A program made the position numbers and the translations under genes. A DNA stretch of 64,000 nucleotides from Octopus bimaculoides (lineage: Eukaryota), in NCBI RefSeq assembly GCF_001194135.2, contig NC_068998.1, forward strand, positions 18,444,470 to 18,508,469, read 5' to 3'. Under the pieces are notes generated by a model that saw only the letters and a program-made list of their open reading frames with translations, made no database searches and had not been told where the DNA came from. This document shows, one piece after another, positions 39,626-51,840 of the stretch (its first letter is position 1; each line of letters opens with the position of its first letter).

Positions 39626-40515
39626 ATGCCATCCATCTTGGTCCTACACTAGCAGAGGAAAGTCTTCAGGGTGACATTCAGTATCTCTGTGAGATTACCT
39701 ACAAATATTGTGTTCAGAAGACCTGCTCTAGTATGGCTATGCTTTGACATCCATAGCAGTAGGTCACTTGCCAGCGCTTGTTTAGCCTGCCAGCAATGTC
39801 TCGCAAAGTGCAAGCACCTTTCCCTTCTATTTTGAGTTATATTAATACTGTTATGTTTTTGGAAATGGACTCATCCAAGACATATTTGACCCTTTAGCAT
39901 TTAAATTGGTCATATCCAGCCCAAATACTCTACCTTTTTAGATTCGTACTGACCAGATCTGGTCTCTCACATCTACCCTTATGCCATTCCTAAAATAAAC
40001 TATCAAGTCATCAAAATCTCCAAGTTATGAGATTATTTCTGAACAATGCGAATGAATAGGTGGGTTAAAACAAAAACATATATATTCCTTTTCTAGTTCC
40101 AAAAGTATAATCAACCAACACTTCCTTCCACAGAGAAAAAAAGAGATGATGTGAAGCAAACTTTGTTACATTTTATTTTATATTTCTACATTTTTTCATT
40201 TTTTTATATTTAAACCCATTACTCTTTTACTTGTTTCAGTCATTTGACTGTGGCCATGCTGGAGCACCACCTTTAGTCAAGCAAATCGACCCCAGGACTT
40301 ATTCTTTGTAAGCCTAGTACTTATTCTATGGGTCTCTTTTTGCAGAACCGCTACCACACAGCCATACCTGCACCTATAGTTACTTACTACACAGCCACTC
40401 CTGTGCCATTGTTAGATTTTTACCAAAAATGTTTAAGACTGAAGGATTTTCTTTCTTTCTTGTCCATATTTTTATATGGAAAAGTTTCAACTGGAGAAAT
40501 GCAAAAGATCTTTAT

Positions 40516-41239
40516 NNNNNNNNNNNNNNNNNNNNNNNNNNNNNNNNNNNNNNNNNNNNNNNNNNNNNNNNNNNNNNNNNNNNNNNNNNNNNNNNNNNNN
40601 NNNNNNNNNNNNNNNNNNNNNNNNNNNNNNNNNNNNNNNNNNNNNNNNNNNNNNNNNNNNNNNNNNNNNNNNNNNNNNNNNNNNNNNNNNNNNNNNNNNN
40701 NNNNNNNNNNNNNNNNNNNNNNNNNNNNNNNNNNNNNNNNNNNNNNNNNNNNNNNNNNNNNNNNNNNNNNNNNNNNNNNNNNNNNNNNNNNNNNNNNNNN
40801 NNNNNNNNNNNNNNNNNNNNNNNNNNNNNNNNNNNNNNNNNNNNNNNNNNNNNNNNNNNNNNNNNNNNNNNNNNNNNNNNNNNNNNNNNNNNNNNNNNNN
40901 NNNNNNNNNNNNNNNNNNNNNNNNNNNNNNNNNNNNNNNNNNNNNNNNNNNNNNNNNNNNNNNNNNNNNNNNNNNNNNNNNNNNNNNNNNNNNNNNNNNN
41001 NNNNNNNNNNNNNNNNNNNNNNNNNNNNNNNNNNNNNNNNNNNNNNNNNNNNNNNNNNNNNNNNNNNNNNNNNNNNNNNNNNNNNNNNNNNNNNNNNNNN
41101 NNNNNNNNNNNNNNNNNNNNNNNNNNNNNNNNNNNNNNNNNNNNNNNNNNNNNNNNNNNNNNNNNNNNNNNNNNNNNNNNNNNNNNNNNNNNNNNNNNNN
41201 NNNNNNNNNNNNNNNNNNNNNNNNNNNNNNNNNNNNNNN
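40516..41239. other. Assembly gap (others at 11037-11114, 29581-30108, 32624-32743, 49555-49746, 52835-53032, 56418-56427)
   Basis: Runs of N. Confidence 1.
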
Positions 41240-41351
41240 CATGGGTTGGACGATTTGACTGAGGACTGGGGAAACCGGATGGCAACACCAGGCTCCAATC
41301 TAAATTTGGCAGAGTTTCTACAGCTGGATGCCCTTCCTAACGCCAACCACT

Positions 41352-41826
41352 CAATAATAATCCTTTCTGCTAAAGGCACAAGGCCTGAAATTTGGGGGGA
41401 AAGGCTAGTCGATTACATTGACCCCAGTACATAACTGGTACTTATTTCATTGCCCCCCCCCCCCAAACGGATGAAAGGCAAAGTCAATCTTGGCAGAATC
41501 TGAACACAGATTGTAAAGACAGATGAAATGCTGCTAAGCATCTCTCCAGGCATGCTAATAATACAGCCAGCTCACCACATTCATGATAATAATAATAATA
41601 ATAATAATAATGGTTTCAAATTTTGCCACAAGGGCAGCTATTTTGGGGGAGAGGATAAGTCGATTACACTGACCCCAGTGTGTCACTGGTACTTACTTAA
41701 TTTATCAACCCTGAAAGGATGAAAGGCAAAGTCGACTTTGGCAGAATTTGAACTCAGAACATAGGGATGGATGAAATGCCACTAAGCAGTTACCTGGTGT
41801 GCTAACAATTCTGCCAGCTCGCCACC

Positions 41827-41880
<54 letters not shown>

Positions 41881-42082
41881 GTTTAAAATTTTAGCACAAC
41901 ACTAGAAATTTTAGGGGAAGGGTATGGGCAATTATACTTAATTAGTTCTTATTTTGGGGGCTCTGAAAGGATGAAAGGTAAAGCTGGCTTCAGGGATTTT
42001 GAACTCAGAACATAAAGACAAACGAAATACTGCTAAGCATTTTGTCTGGCATGCTAATGATTCTGCCAGCTGGCTGTCTTAA
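41352..42082 (-). mobile_element. Head-to-tail array of three family B SINEs separated by (AAT)n
   Basis: Copies at about 41352-41575, 41600-41830 and 41875-42082. Confidence 0.85.
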
Positions 42083-42199
42083 TGGCATGGTGGTAATCGT
42101 AACAGCAATAATGGGGCGGTGAAAATAATGGTGATGATAATAATGGTAGAGATAATAATAACTATTTCTACATTAGCCACACAAGACTCACTTATAATA

Positions 42200-43760
42200 A
42201 TATTAATGTAGCACAAAAATGTCTTATGAAACAAAAAGGAAAATTAAACCAGTACACCAAATTACTCTTCCTATGGTGTGTCCTTCAGAGGACAGCCAGC
42301 CTGGAGTTGAAAAGTCATCCTCTGGCACAAACTCTTCTCTGAATACAAACCTAGATGGTCACCTGAATGGGAACAGCCCCAACTCAAGCCCTCCAAGTCC
42401 ACCACCACAGCCACAACAGAAAGGAAAACGTAAGAGGATCAAATGGACCCAGAAAAAGTATAAAGAAAAAATATATGCATATTACTATACAATTAGGTAG
42501 GCCATCTCAAGAGACATACACTGCAAACTCTTACAATATACGGAGAACACAAAATCAAGACAGCACAAACTATATGAATGAAAACAAGTTAGCAAACGTC
42601 AGGAGGGATAGCTTTAGAAATAATAGACTCATGGATAGTGAAATAATCACAATCAAACATGCAGTGGAAAATGACCTAAATATAAGACAGAAGAAAATGA
42701 AGAATCAGATGAAGAGAGTAGCTCATCGTGAGGCTTAATTGAAAGACTGTCATCTGACCAAATCACACAAAGATCTGAAGAAATAAGAAATTCTAATGAA
42801 CCTTGTAAAGATAGCCAGAAAAGTGGTAAGGAAACAGTATTTGAAGACCACACATTTGCTGGAGAACACAGAGAGTCTATGATGGAAAATAAGTAGAAAA
42901 TTCTGAATAAGCTTGCAGTTGTAAGACATGCAAGTATGAATGATTGAGAATCACTTCATAAACTCACAAATACAAACCAAAATAAAAAACAAATTAAAAT
43001 TGGCAACTATGTAACAAAAGAAATCATACAAGAATTAAAACCTGATCTTACTGAGTTAAATGAGATTATTTACACATCTGCTAAGGCAATTGAAACCAAT
43101 TGCATGCCTCTGAAAAAACAGAAAAAACTAAAGCTGGGAAGAAATCCAAACTAGAGAAGTAAAATTGAAAAAGTGATTGAATTAATAAGAGAGAAAATAT
43201 CAATATTAAATTAACTAAACTGGGGTAATTATGTAAGATCCAAAAAAGGAAGAAAGATGAAGAGAAATTATGAATTCTCGCCAAGAGAAGAACAGATATC
43301 AAAAAAAAAAAAAAACACTGAAATAAAGAGTCCAAGAAAAAGCTCAAAGGATTTGAAGAATTGAGAAAAGAATTTTTACAAGCAAAATAAGCTGTTCACA
43401 TCCAATACCAAAATATTCTACAGAGAAATAGGGAAGGAGAAAATAATTATTGAAGACCTTCCTCCTATGGAAGAAGTTGAAAACTTTTGGAACAAGATTT
43501 GGCATGATGAGAAAACATACAATGAAAATGCAGATTGGATTAGACACACCGAAGGATCCTACCAAAACTTGCAAATACAAACATGGGAAGACATCAGAAT
43601 AGCATACCAAAGGATGATACACATGAAGGCTCATAAGTGGAAACCCCCGGTAGAGATAGAGTGCCAAATTTCTGGCTACATCACTCTAGTGTGCACATGA
43701 AAAGTTGGTTCAGCTGTTCAATGAAATTATGAGAGGCTCATAACAGACCTAATTGCAAAA
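42200..43760 (+). mobile_element. Degenerate R4/Dong-like non-LTR retrotransposon, 5' part
   Basis: Frameshifted KRIKWTQKKYKEKIYAYY, NENKLANVRR, KLFTSNTKIFYREI, EEVENFWNKIWHDEKTYNENADWI and HKWKPP, matching the pre-RT region of R4-clade elements as recalled. Confidence 0.7.
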
Positions 43761-46254
43761 CTGGTAGCAATAGGGTAGTCCTTGAAATAAAACAATGGCA
43801 GCTCAGACAGCTTGGCCACATACTTTGAATGGACTGAGGCAGGGTAACAAAAAATAGCAATAAGATGAACAGTATCTAGAAAGTAAAATCCTGGACAGCC
43901 AAAGCACACTTGGTATGAAACAACTGAAGGAAAGCTGAAAGAAATAGAGAGAGATGGGTCTTAAACTGGGCAAGGAACAGAGAATTGCTAAATAACAGTC
44001 TGAAGGGCACTGAATCACTGAAGCCTTATTTCCCAACTGAGAAGAGAATTAAATGAAAAAAAAAATAGTAATACTCCAAGATGCAAATGGAATTATAAAT
44101 GGAGAAACTGTACAAACCCCACTACCCCACAAAAAATTTGTGGCCTAGAATCTACATAAGGAATCTCAGTAAAATAGAAAAGATTTTAAAATATCTCATA
44201 ATCACAAACATTTCATGTTTTACTACCTTTGCTTGTCAGCTCTAGAATGTAATGTAATATATATGTACTGTATACAGATAATATTCACGAGTTAACAATT
44301 ACTAGATTTAACATTGAAATCTATTGCAAGATATATGTGTCCATATAAATAACATCTATGATTTAAATGTCTTTTAATTGTGCACACACATATTCAGAGA
44401 GAATAGGTCTACAAAAGGAATAAATAAATAAACAGAGAGTCTAAATTAGCTCTGAATATTCAAATGCTTTCAATAACAAACAATCCAATAATAATCCCAA
44501 CATATATTGTAAATGCATAAGATGGATGTTATTGATTAAAACTGAATTTCAATGCAGTGTTATCAGAAAGATCAATAATTCTGTATTCCTTAAATGCAAT
44601 TAAATTGTTGATATGTTTTAAATTGGCAATAAATGCTTTTAACTAAAACTATTAATAGACAGAGGGAAACGAGAATATTCTCTTTTATTGCCCTTTTATT
44701 CCAGATATGTTGTTTCAGTTTTCCAATGTCTGACATGGGTTAGAATGAAGCTTAAAGTGGAGGTATTTTATGCTTTTTATTCTTTTAATGCTATAATCAC
44801 CAAATATATCAATATTTCCCCAACTTTGTTGTTGTTATTATTGGTACTGCTGTCATTGTTGTTATTGTCGATACTATTGTTGTTATTACTGTTGTTGTTG
44901 TCACTACTGCAGTTGTTGTTATTGTCGTAACTGTTATTACTGCTGTTTTTGTTGTTACTATTCCAGCAAGCCGAGATTTTTGATTCTCATTTGAAAGCCA
45001 TTTGATTCCTTGATATGACTAAAGGCAACGGTAAAAGAGAAATAATGCCACCTCTTCTGATTTTACCCTTTATCCCGAAAATTACAGGCTCCTTGTTACT
45101 TGTTGATCTTTAATGATTAAACTTTGTTTCTCTCATTAATACTGCTTCAAATCAACATAGTTACAGGATTAAACCTGTGCAGACAGCCTAGCAGAAAATC
45201 TCACTTCCATTGGCTCATAATGTGCCTGCCAGCCCAATAGAAGGTAAGAATATATCCCTCACTTCAACAGATAAAAAAGGACCTTTGTGGTTACTTAGAT
45301 ATGGCATACTTGCGACCCTTAATCTTTAATTTATAATCTTATTGAAGAGCCAAAGTGGAACCCTCTATACAGTCATTCAACCTGCTAGAAATGGCAGTTA
45401 TATCTCCCTTAAATCACACCTTATTGCTTTTTAAAAAAAGGAAGGATACACTGGTTAATGTGCCCCTCCATACCCCAAAGAGGTATGATCGTGGCTTGAA
45501 AGTTTTTCAACACTGGGCTAAACGACAACCTTATAGGATGTTGTTTTATTATCCTTGCCCAAACACTTTTCCCTTCAGCATGATTGACTCTCAGCTAACT
45601 TTGCCTTCAGAATCATTACAGTACTTTAGCCACAGCACAATAATGCAGGGTATGACACAAACTAGCTAGAATATTGCAGCAGCCAATCATTTTGATCCTA
45701 AATGAAGGGATATGGAACAATCTATATCTGGTGAGGGATACATCAATTGAATCTCTAATGTAAATTTAGAGATGTGAGAGACACCATACAAAACTAATTT
45801 ACTGTCCACAATTAATTTAACTTAATAGAGAAACATACACAGATTATATTTGCAGCAAAAAAAAAAAACATTTTTATATAATAGTTTTAAATAATTTACA
45901 AAATCTGATGACTGCATCATGCCCCAGTATCTGCTTTGGCATGGTTTCTATAGTTGCATGCCATCCCAAATGCCGACCACTTTACAGCCCTGTATGGAGT
46001 ACCTTTTTGTGCTACCAGAACTAGTGAGGCTGCCATGCAGTTTGCAAGACTACAACCCATGAGGAAGCAATTTTATGCCAGAATATGAAGAGTAAAAGAG
46101 GAGTAGAAGTATGAGAGGAGACAGAGCAGAACAGCTTTCTTGCTGTAAAAAATTTACATGATTATTCATATTTAAGGAGAGAGTGGGAGGGTGACTGGGT
46201 GGATCTGAAAAAAACATTTATATCAACATTTATCATCTTTTTTTTATTCACAAA

Positions 46255-46420
46255 TGCAGGCATGACTGTAAGAAGCTTGCTTCCCAACTATCTGGTTTTG
46301 GGTTCAGTCCCAATCATGGTACCTTGAGCAAATGTCTTCCACTATAGCCCTGGGCCAACCAAAACTTTATGAGTGGATTTGATAGACAGAACCCCATCTT
46401 ATGTACATGTGTGTGTGTGT

Positions 46421-46462
<42 letters not shown>

Positions 46463-47270
46463 GTGAATGTATGTGTGAGTGTCTTTGTTCGTCTCCCACC
46501 ACTACTTGACAACTGGTGTTGGTGTGTTTATGTCCCCGTAACATAGCAGTTCAGCAAAGAGACTGATTGAATAAGTAACAGGCTTTAAAAAAGAGCAAGT
46601 ACTGAGGTTGATTTTATTTCTACTAAATTCTTCAAGGCAGTGCCCCAGCATGGTCACAGACTAATGACTGAAACAAGTAAAAGATGCACAGTAATTTCCT
46701 TTAGTTTGGCTGCACTATCTAGATGCTACACTATGTTGCTGCTGCACTATCTTGCTGCTGCACTATCATCTGCAGTTGCACTTTCCTCTACAACCATAAC
46801 ATTATAAATTTCTGATAGATTTTTCTTAATGTTTTATTTTACTTCTTTAACCTGTCAAATCATTAAAAAAACATGTTCCGTTAGTTTTGCCTTCACACAC
46901 ACACACATACACTCTTTTACTTGTTTCAGCCATTAGACTGTGGCCATGCTAGGGCATCACCTTGAAGAATTATTTTTGTCGAATGAATTTACTTAATGTT
47001 TTTTTTTTCTTGTTTTGCTAAGCCTGGTACTTATTCTATCAGTCTCTTTTTGCCAAACCACTAAGTTATAGGGACATATACACACCAACACTGGTTGTCG
47101 TGGACAAACACAACACGCATACACACACACACATGAACACAAGCGTGCACGCATACACACACAAACACACACGTATACAACGGGCTTCTTTCAGTTTCCG
47201 TCTACCAAATCCACTCACAAGGCCTGAAGCTGTAGTAGAAGACTCTTGCCCAAAGTACCATGCAGTGGAA
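46255..47270. mobile_element. Inverted pair of family A SINEs (+ 46255-46685; - 46912-47270)
   Basis: Tail motif read in opposite orientations at 46630-46683 and 46914-46970. Confidence 0.8.
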
Positions 47271-47344
47271 TGTACTTCAGTCATGGGACTGTATGTACTT
47301 CAGTCTTGTATGTACTTCAGTCATGCTGGAGCATCAACTTAAAC

Positions 47345-47740
47345 AACTCAACCATGGTACTAGTCAAGGCATATCATGGTTCTGTTAGTATAAAAAGTTG
47401 TTTCTCTTGTGCTTTGATGTTCATAAAAGTATTTGAGTAAAGTTTGCATGTTTAGATGTTTCTCTCTGGGTGTGCATTGTTCTATAGGTAATTTGATTAG
47501 TATATAGAGATTTTAACCTTCCTGTTGTGTGGAGATAGAGTTTGTTTGGTGTTTGTTTATAAAATTTCTTCAAATTCTATTCTAGATACATGCTAATGTG
47601 AGGTTGACATAGGTGTGTACAGATTCATGTATAAAAATGGGAACAAAAATATAATTTAATTAAAGAAAACAAAATTAGAGTTCTGTACGTCTTTGAAATT
47701 GGTGTCACTCCTGAAAGAGTCTCAAAGCTTCTCAAATGCA
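47345..47740 (-). mobile_element. Penelope-like RT fragment, degenerate
   Basis: NSNFVFFN ... TYVNLTLA(fs)YLE ... NNAHP resembles PLE motifs NN.F.FN, P.YANL...LE and S.HP. Confidence 0.5.
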
Positions 47741-47968
47741 CCGTGTATGTGTGTGCGTACACACACACACACACACAATGGGCTTCTTTGCGTTTTCATC
47801 TACCAAATCCACTCACAAAGATTTGGTTAATTCAGGGCCAACATTCACCCAAGGTGCCATGCAATAGAACTGAACCTGAAATCAGGTGGTTAGGAAGCAA
47901 ACTTCTTAACCACACAGCTATACCAGCACCTATAAAATTTAAAAATTGGAGGTAACATGAAAACGTAC

Positions 47969-48138
47969 CTTTGAAATGTAGTTTATACTTGATTCTTTGA
48001 AAGCAATTCCTTGCAACCTAAGGCAAGCCAAAGCTGGAGTAACACTAAGACACTGTTGGAGTGCTTTACATAATTCATCTTTAATTTCTTTGCTTGCAAT
48101 GGCTGGTTTATGTCTTTTGGTGCCAGTTTTATCTTTCT
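47969..48138 (-). CDS. CEP78: CEP78 coding exon 3 (KDKTGTKRHKPAIASKEIKDELCKALQQCLSVTPALACLRLQGIAFKESSINYISK)
   Basis: Acceptor ttttttttcag, donor AAG|gtacg. 170 nt, phase 1 in / phase 0 out. Matches CEP78 [36 protein letters not shown]. Confidence 0.92.
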
Positions 48139-48559
48139 CTGAAAAAAAAAAATTAATGAAGAATCAGTTTTTTTTTGTTTTGTTTTTTACCTGCTGATCA
48201 CAAATATATAATTACTTATTGAAACATATTTTAAATATATAAAATTAGAGGTGTGTTGTTGTTACATAGTACCACAGACTTAATATTCAAACTTTGCTAG
48301 GGACAACTGAATGAAGGAGTCACTATAAAGTCCCTTAAATGATTGGGAATAACAACCAAATCTCTCTTGAATCACACACTTTTTGAAAAGCTTAGCTGTC
48401 ACTTGTAAATATGAGCTAGTAACTTGTATCATGCTTGTACAGGCTTTCCACCTTTGACCCAATGGAACATTGAGTGTGTGATAAGAGAGAGAGAGACAGG
48501 CAGGTAGACAGACAGAATTGGCCATGCGGAAAAGGAAATTAAAAATTATGTGTAATGTC

Positions 48560-48800
48560 ATTCAGGAGTTGACAGTGACTGTACAAGACATAGAAAGTAA
48601 ATCAGTGACGGACAAATACATCATAAAAATGAAGGAAACCTTAAAAAATAAACAAAGGAGAAATGTGAATGCAAACCATTTTTCACTCTGCAACGATGTA
48701 TTAATGTACGCACAAAGAGTGGTGGTACCAACCACACCACAGAAACGGATATTACATGAATTTCGTAGTGGACACCTGGGGATCTTAAGAATGAAAGCAG
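48560..48800 (+). mobile_element. Ty3/gypsy pol remnant (integrase zinc-binding region)
   Basis: VLMYAQRVVVPTTPQKRILHEFRSGHLGILRMKA resembles R.V.P..L...IL..LH.GH.GI.RMK. Confidence 0.75.
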
Positions 48801-49232
48801 GAAGTTGTAAGGTATCGTTTTGGTAGTTTGTTGGAATATTGATTGTTGGTTTGTGTATAGTTCATGGAGAGTTTGTTGAACTGTTCCATTGTTGTTACCC
48901 TACTTTATTATATATTTTATTGTTACTACGCGGTTATAGTGTAAACAAGTATTGTCATAAATAGTGGTGATACTACAATAATTGGCAATGAATAACTATA
49001 TTACAATAGTTGGTTTGTTTACATCCCCTTAAGTTAGCAGTTTGACAAAAGACACCAAAACAATAACTGCCAAACTTAAAAGTACTAAGGTCAGTTTGTT
49101 TGACTAAAACCGTTAAAAGTGCATGACTTGAAACAGGTAAAAGATAAAGGATTCAAAGAGACACACAAACATTTAAGTTTCCACATTTGTACAACCCACC
49201 CACACACACACACATGTATACACACACATATA

Positions 49233-50543
49233 CAGGGTGGGGCAGAAAGTACGGACATTTTTGAAAAATTCACAAAATCATTAATTTTAGCTGCAAACAA
49301 ATTTTATTGACATCAATGTGTTCGTATTGAATTAGCATTTGTCAAAATCAAGTGTAGAAAACAACATCCACCATGTGGTATCCGTTTTCGTTGATGCATT
49401 TCTGAAGGCATTCTTGGAAGTTGGCATTCACTCCCTCCAGCATTGCTCTGTCAATTTGGGTTCATGAATAGCTTCCTTCAAATCATCCAATGTATGGGGC
49501 TTATGCACATACATACGTACCCTGGGGTTTCCTCACAAGAAATAATCACACATGNNNNNNNNNNNNNNNNNNNNNNNNNNNNNNNNNNNNNNNNNNNNNN
49601 NNNNNNNNNNNNNNNNNNNNNNNNNNNNNNNNNNNNNNNNNNNNNNNNNNNNNNNNNNNNNNNNNNNNNNNNNNNNNNNNNNNNNNNNNNNNNNNNNNNN
49701 NNNNNNNNNNNNNNNNNNNNNNNNNNNNNNNNNNNNNNNNNNNNNNTTATCATCTTGATGTAACGCTCGGAGTGCACAGTAACAGCATTTCTATTATTTT
49801 CTTCAAAAAAGCAAGTACCAATGATGGCAGCTTTCCTAACAGCACACCAGACTGTCACTTTTGGGCTGTGCAGTGGTCTTTCATGCAGTTCTCTTGGATT
49901 TTCCAGAGCCCAATAACAACAATTCTGTTGATTCACCATGCCATTGAGATGAAAATGAGCTTCATCACTCATTAACAAAATGAGGTTGTCATTTGCCTCA
50001 AAAATTGCTTCCATCTCACATGCAAAGTTAAGCTGCAGTGCATAGTCCCATGGTTTCAACTGCTGCCCAATGGAAATGCAGGTCTTCATGCAAAATATGC
50101 CTTACTGATCGATTACTGATGCCAAGTTAATGGAATGCCTCCAAGCAGACTGATTTGGACTCTGTATCAAAGCTTGTCTGATGCGTTCCACATTTTCCGG
50201 GGTCCATACCATTCATGGCGCCCCTATTCATTAATTTACCTCGTGTACAAAGTGCATTCACCCAACATAAGATTGTGTTATGGGTGAGAACAGCCTGATT
50301 TCGGTGAATGTTGAAGTGGCACCGAAACTCACGCTGAACTGCTGTGACAGACTCATTATTCTTCACATAACTGTTGCAGGCAAACACACAATGCTCTATC
50401 ATCCATAGCACCATGGCTTCATCTGAAAGGAAAAAAAATGCTAAGACACCACAGACCAAATGGTACCTGTCAGACATATCTCCTTTCCCCTGGGGGTGAG
50501 TAATAGCCATTTCAGAAACATCTATCCTCTCTGCCCCACCCTA
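49233..50543 (-). mobile_element. Full-length (about 1.3 kb) degenerate Tc1/mariner element, Crmar2/DD41D-like motifs
   Basis: TIRs CAGGGTGGGGCAGA / TAGGGTGGGGCAGA flanked by TA. Transposase motifs W..EH..FA...Y.KNNES, SDEAHFHLNG.VNQQNC.YW..ENP, HSPKVTVWCA, and CDYFL*G...LDDLKEAI. Confidence 0.9.
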
Positions 50544-50918
50544 TATATATACACATATATACATATATGTGTGTGTGTGTGTGCATGTGTGTTTGTACAT
50601 TGAAACAAATATAAAAATATTATCATCTACATCACTGCAAAATATTCAAATATGTTTTCACATCACCTATACAAACAGGCAGATTTGGTGGATGAACAAA
50701 AGTCATTTTTCATCCAAATCTTTGGCCATTCCTAAAAATACTCTTGCAATAAAGATTAATAAAACATATATTATCTTCACTAAACCCCGTCCAATGACAT
50801 CAGCTACAAGAGGACATGAGGAGTAACAGCCAACATTTCACTCTCCATAACCCACTCTTTACACATGAATGAGGTTAGCTGTTTCTTTTTGATAATGTCC
50901 AGAAGGCCTGTAATTATA

Positions 50919-51030
50919 TGTGTGTGTGTGTCTGTCTGTGTGTGTGTGTGTGTGTGTCTGTCTCTGTGTGTGTGTGTGTGTGTGTGGTGTCTGTGTGTGT
51001 GTGTGTGTGCATGTGCATGTGTATATATAT
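50919..51030. repeat. Compound (TG)n/(TCTG) microsatellite, representative of many others (e.g. 1411-1487, 8498-8527, 9101-9147, 13261-13330, 16411-16468, 37076-37123, 53667-53710)
   Basis: Directly visible simple repeats. Confidence 0.9.
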
Positions 51031-51132
51031 GCACATGCACACAATTGAAAAGATGTATAGGGTATTTTTCATCTGTTAATATCTATTGCAAATATTTTGC
51101 TTGTTTCCCTGCTTTTATTATTGTTAGCCAAT

Positions 51133-51840
51133 GAAAGGCAGTAAGCTGGTAGAATTGTTAGCATGCCAAGCAAGATGCTTAGCAGCATTTGATTTCAGCT
51201 TTACACCTTCAGTTCAAATTCCAGAGGTTGACTTTGTCTTTCATCCTTTCGGGTTCAATAAAATAAGTGCCAGTTCTGCATGGGGGGAGGGGTCGATGCA
51301 ATAGACATACCCCCTCCCCAAAATTGTTGGCCTTGTACCAAATTTTAAAACCATTATTATTAGCCAACTGAAGGTGGCAAGTTGGCAGAATCATTAGCAT
51401 GCTGAGCAAAACACTTAGTGGGATTTCATCTGTCTTTATGTTCTGACTTCAGATTCAGACAAGGTCAACTTTGCCTTTCATTCTTTCAGGGTCAATAAGA
51501 TGAGTACCAGTTGAGAACTGGGGTCAATATAATCAACTTACCCTCTCCCTCGAAAATGCTGTCCTTGCACCAAAATTTGAAACCAACATCTGTTGGTTTC
51601 AAACATTACAATGGGTAAGTAGAGGTAGCAAGCAGACAGAATTGTTAGCATGCCAGGCAAAATGCTCAGTAGCAGCTCATCCATCTTAACATTCTGAGTT
51701 CAAATTTTGCCAAGATAGACTCTGCCTTTCATCCTTTTGGGGTCAATAAAATAAGTACCAGTTGAGCACTAAGGTCGATGTAATTGACTAAACCTCTCCC
51801 CCAAAATCGCTGGTCTTGTGCCAAAATTTGAAACCAATAC
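51133..51840 (+). mobile_element. Array of three family B SINEs
   Basis: Copies at about 51133-51355, 51366-51590 and 51620-51840. Confidence 0.8.

Noticed and set aside
40328-41434. Long ORFs of 200-368 aa (also 29473-30210)
   Set aside because: Made of X residues from N-gaps.
44688-44960. Leu-rich hydrophobic ORFs (also 56281-56499, 2986-3192)
   Set aside because: Translations of (TTG)n, (CTA)n and (GCT)n microsatellites.
47270-47325. Three copies of atgtacttcagtc with short spacers, superficially CRISPR-like
   Set aside because: Local slippage duplication in eukaryotic intronic DNA; repeats and spacers far too short, no cas genes.
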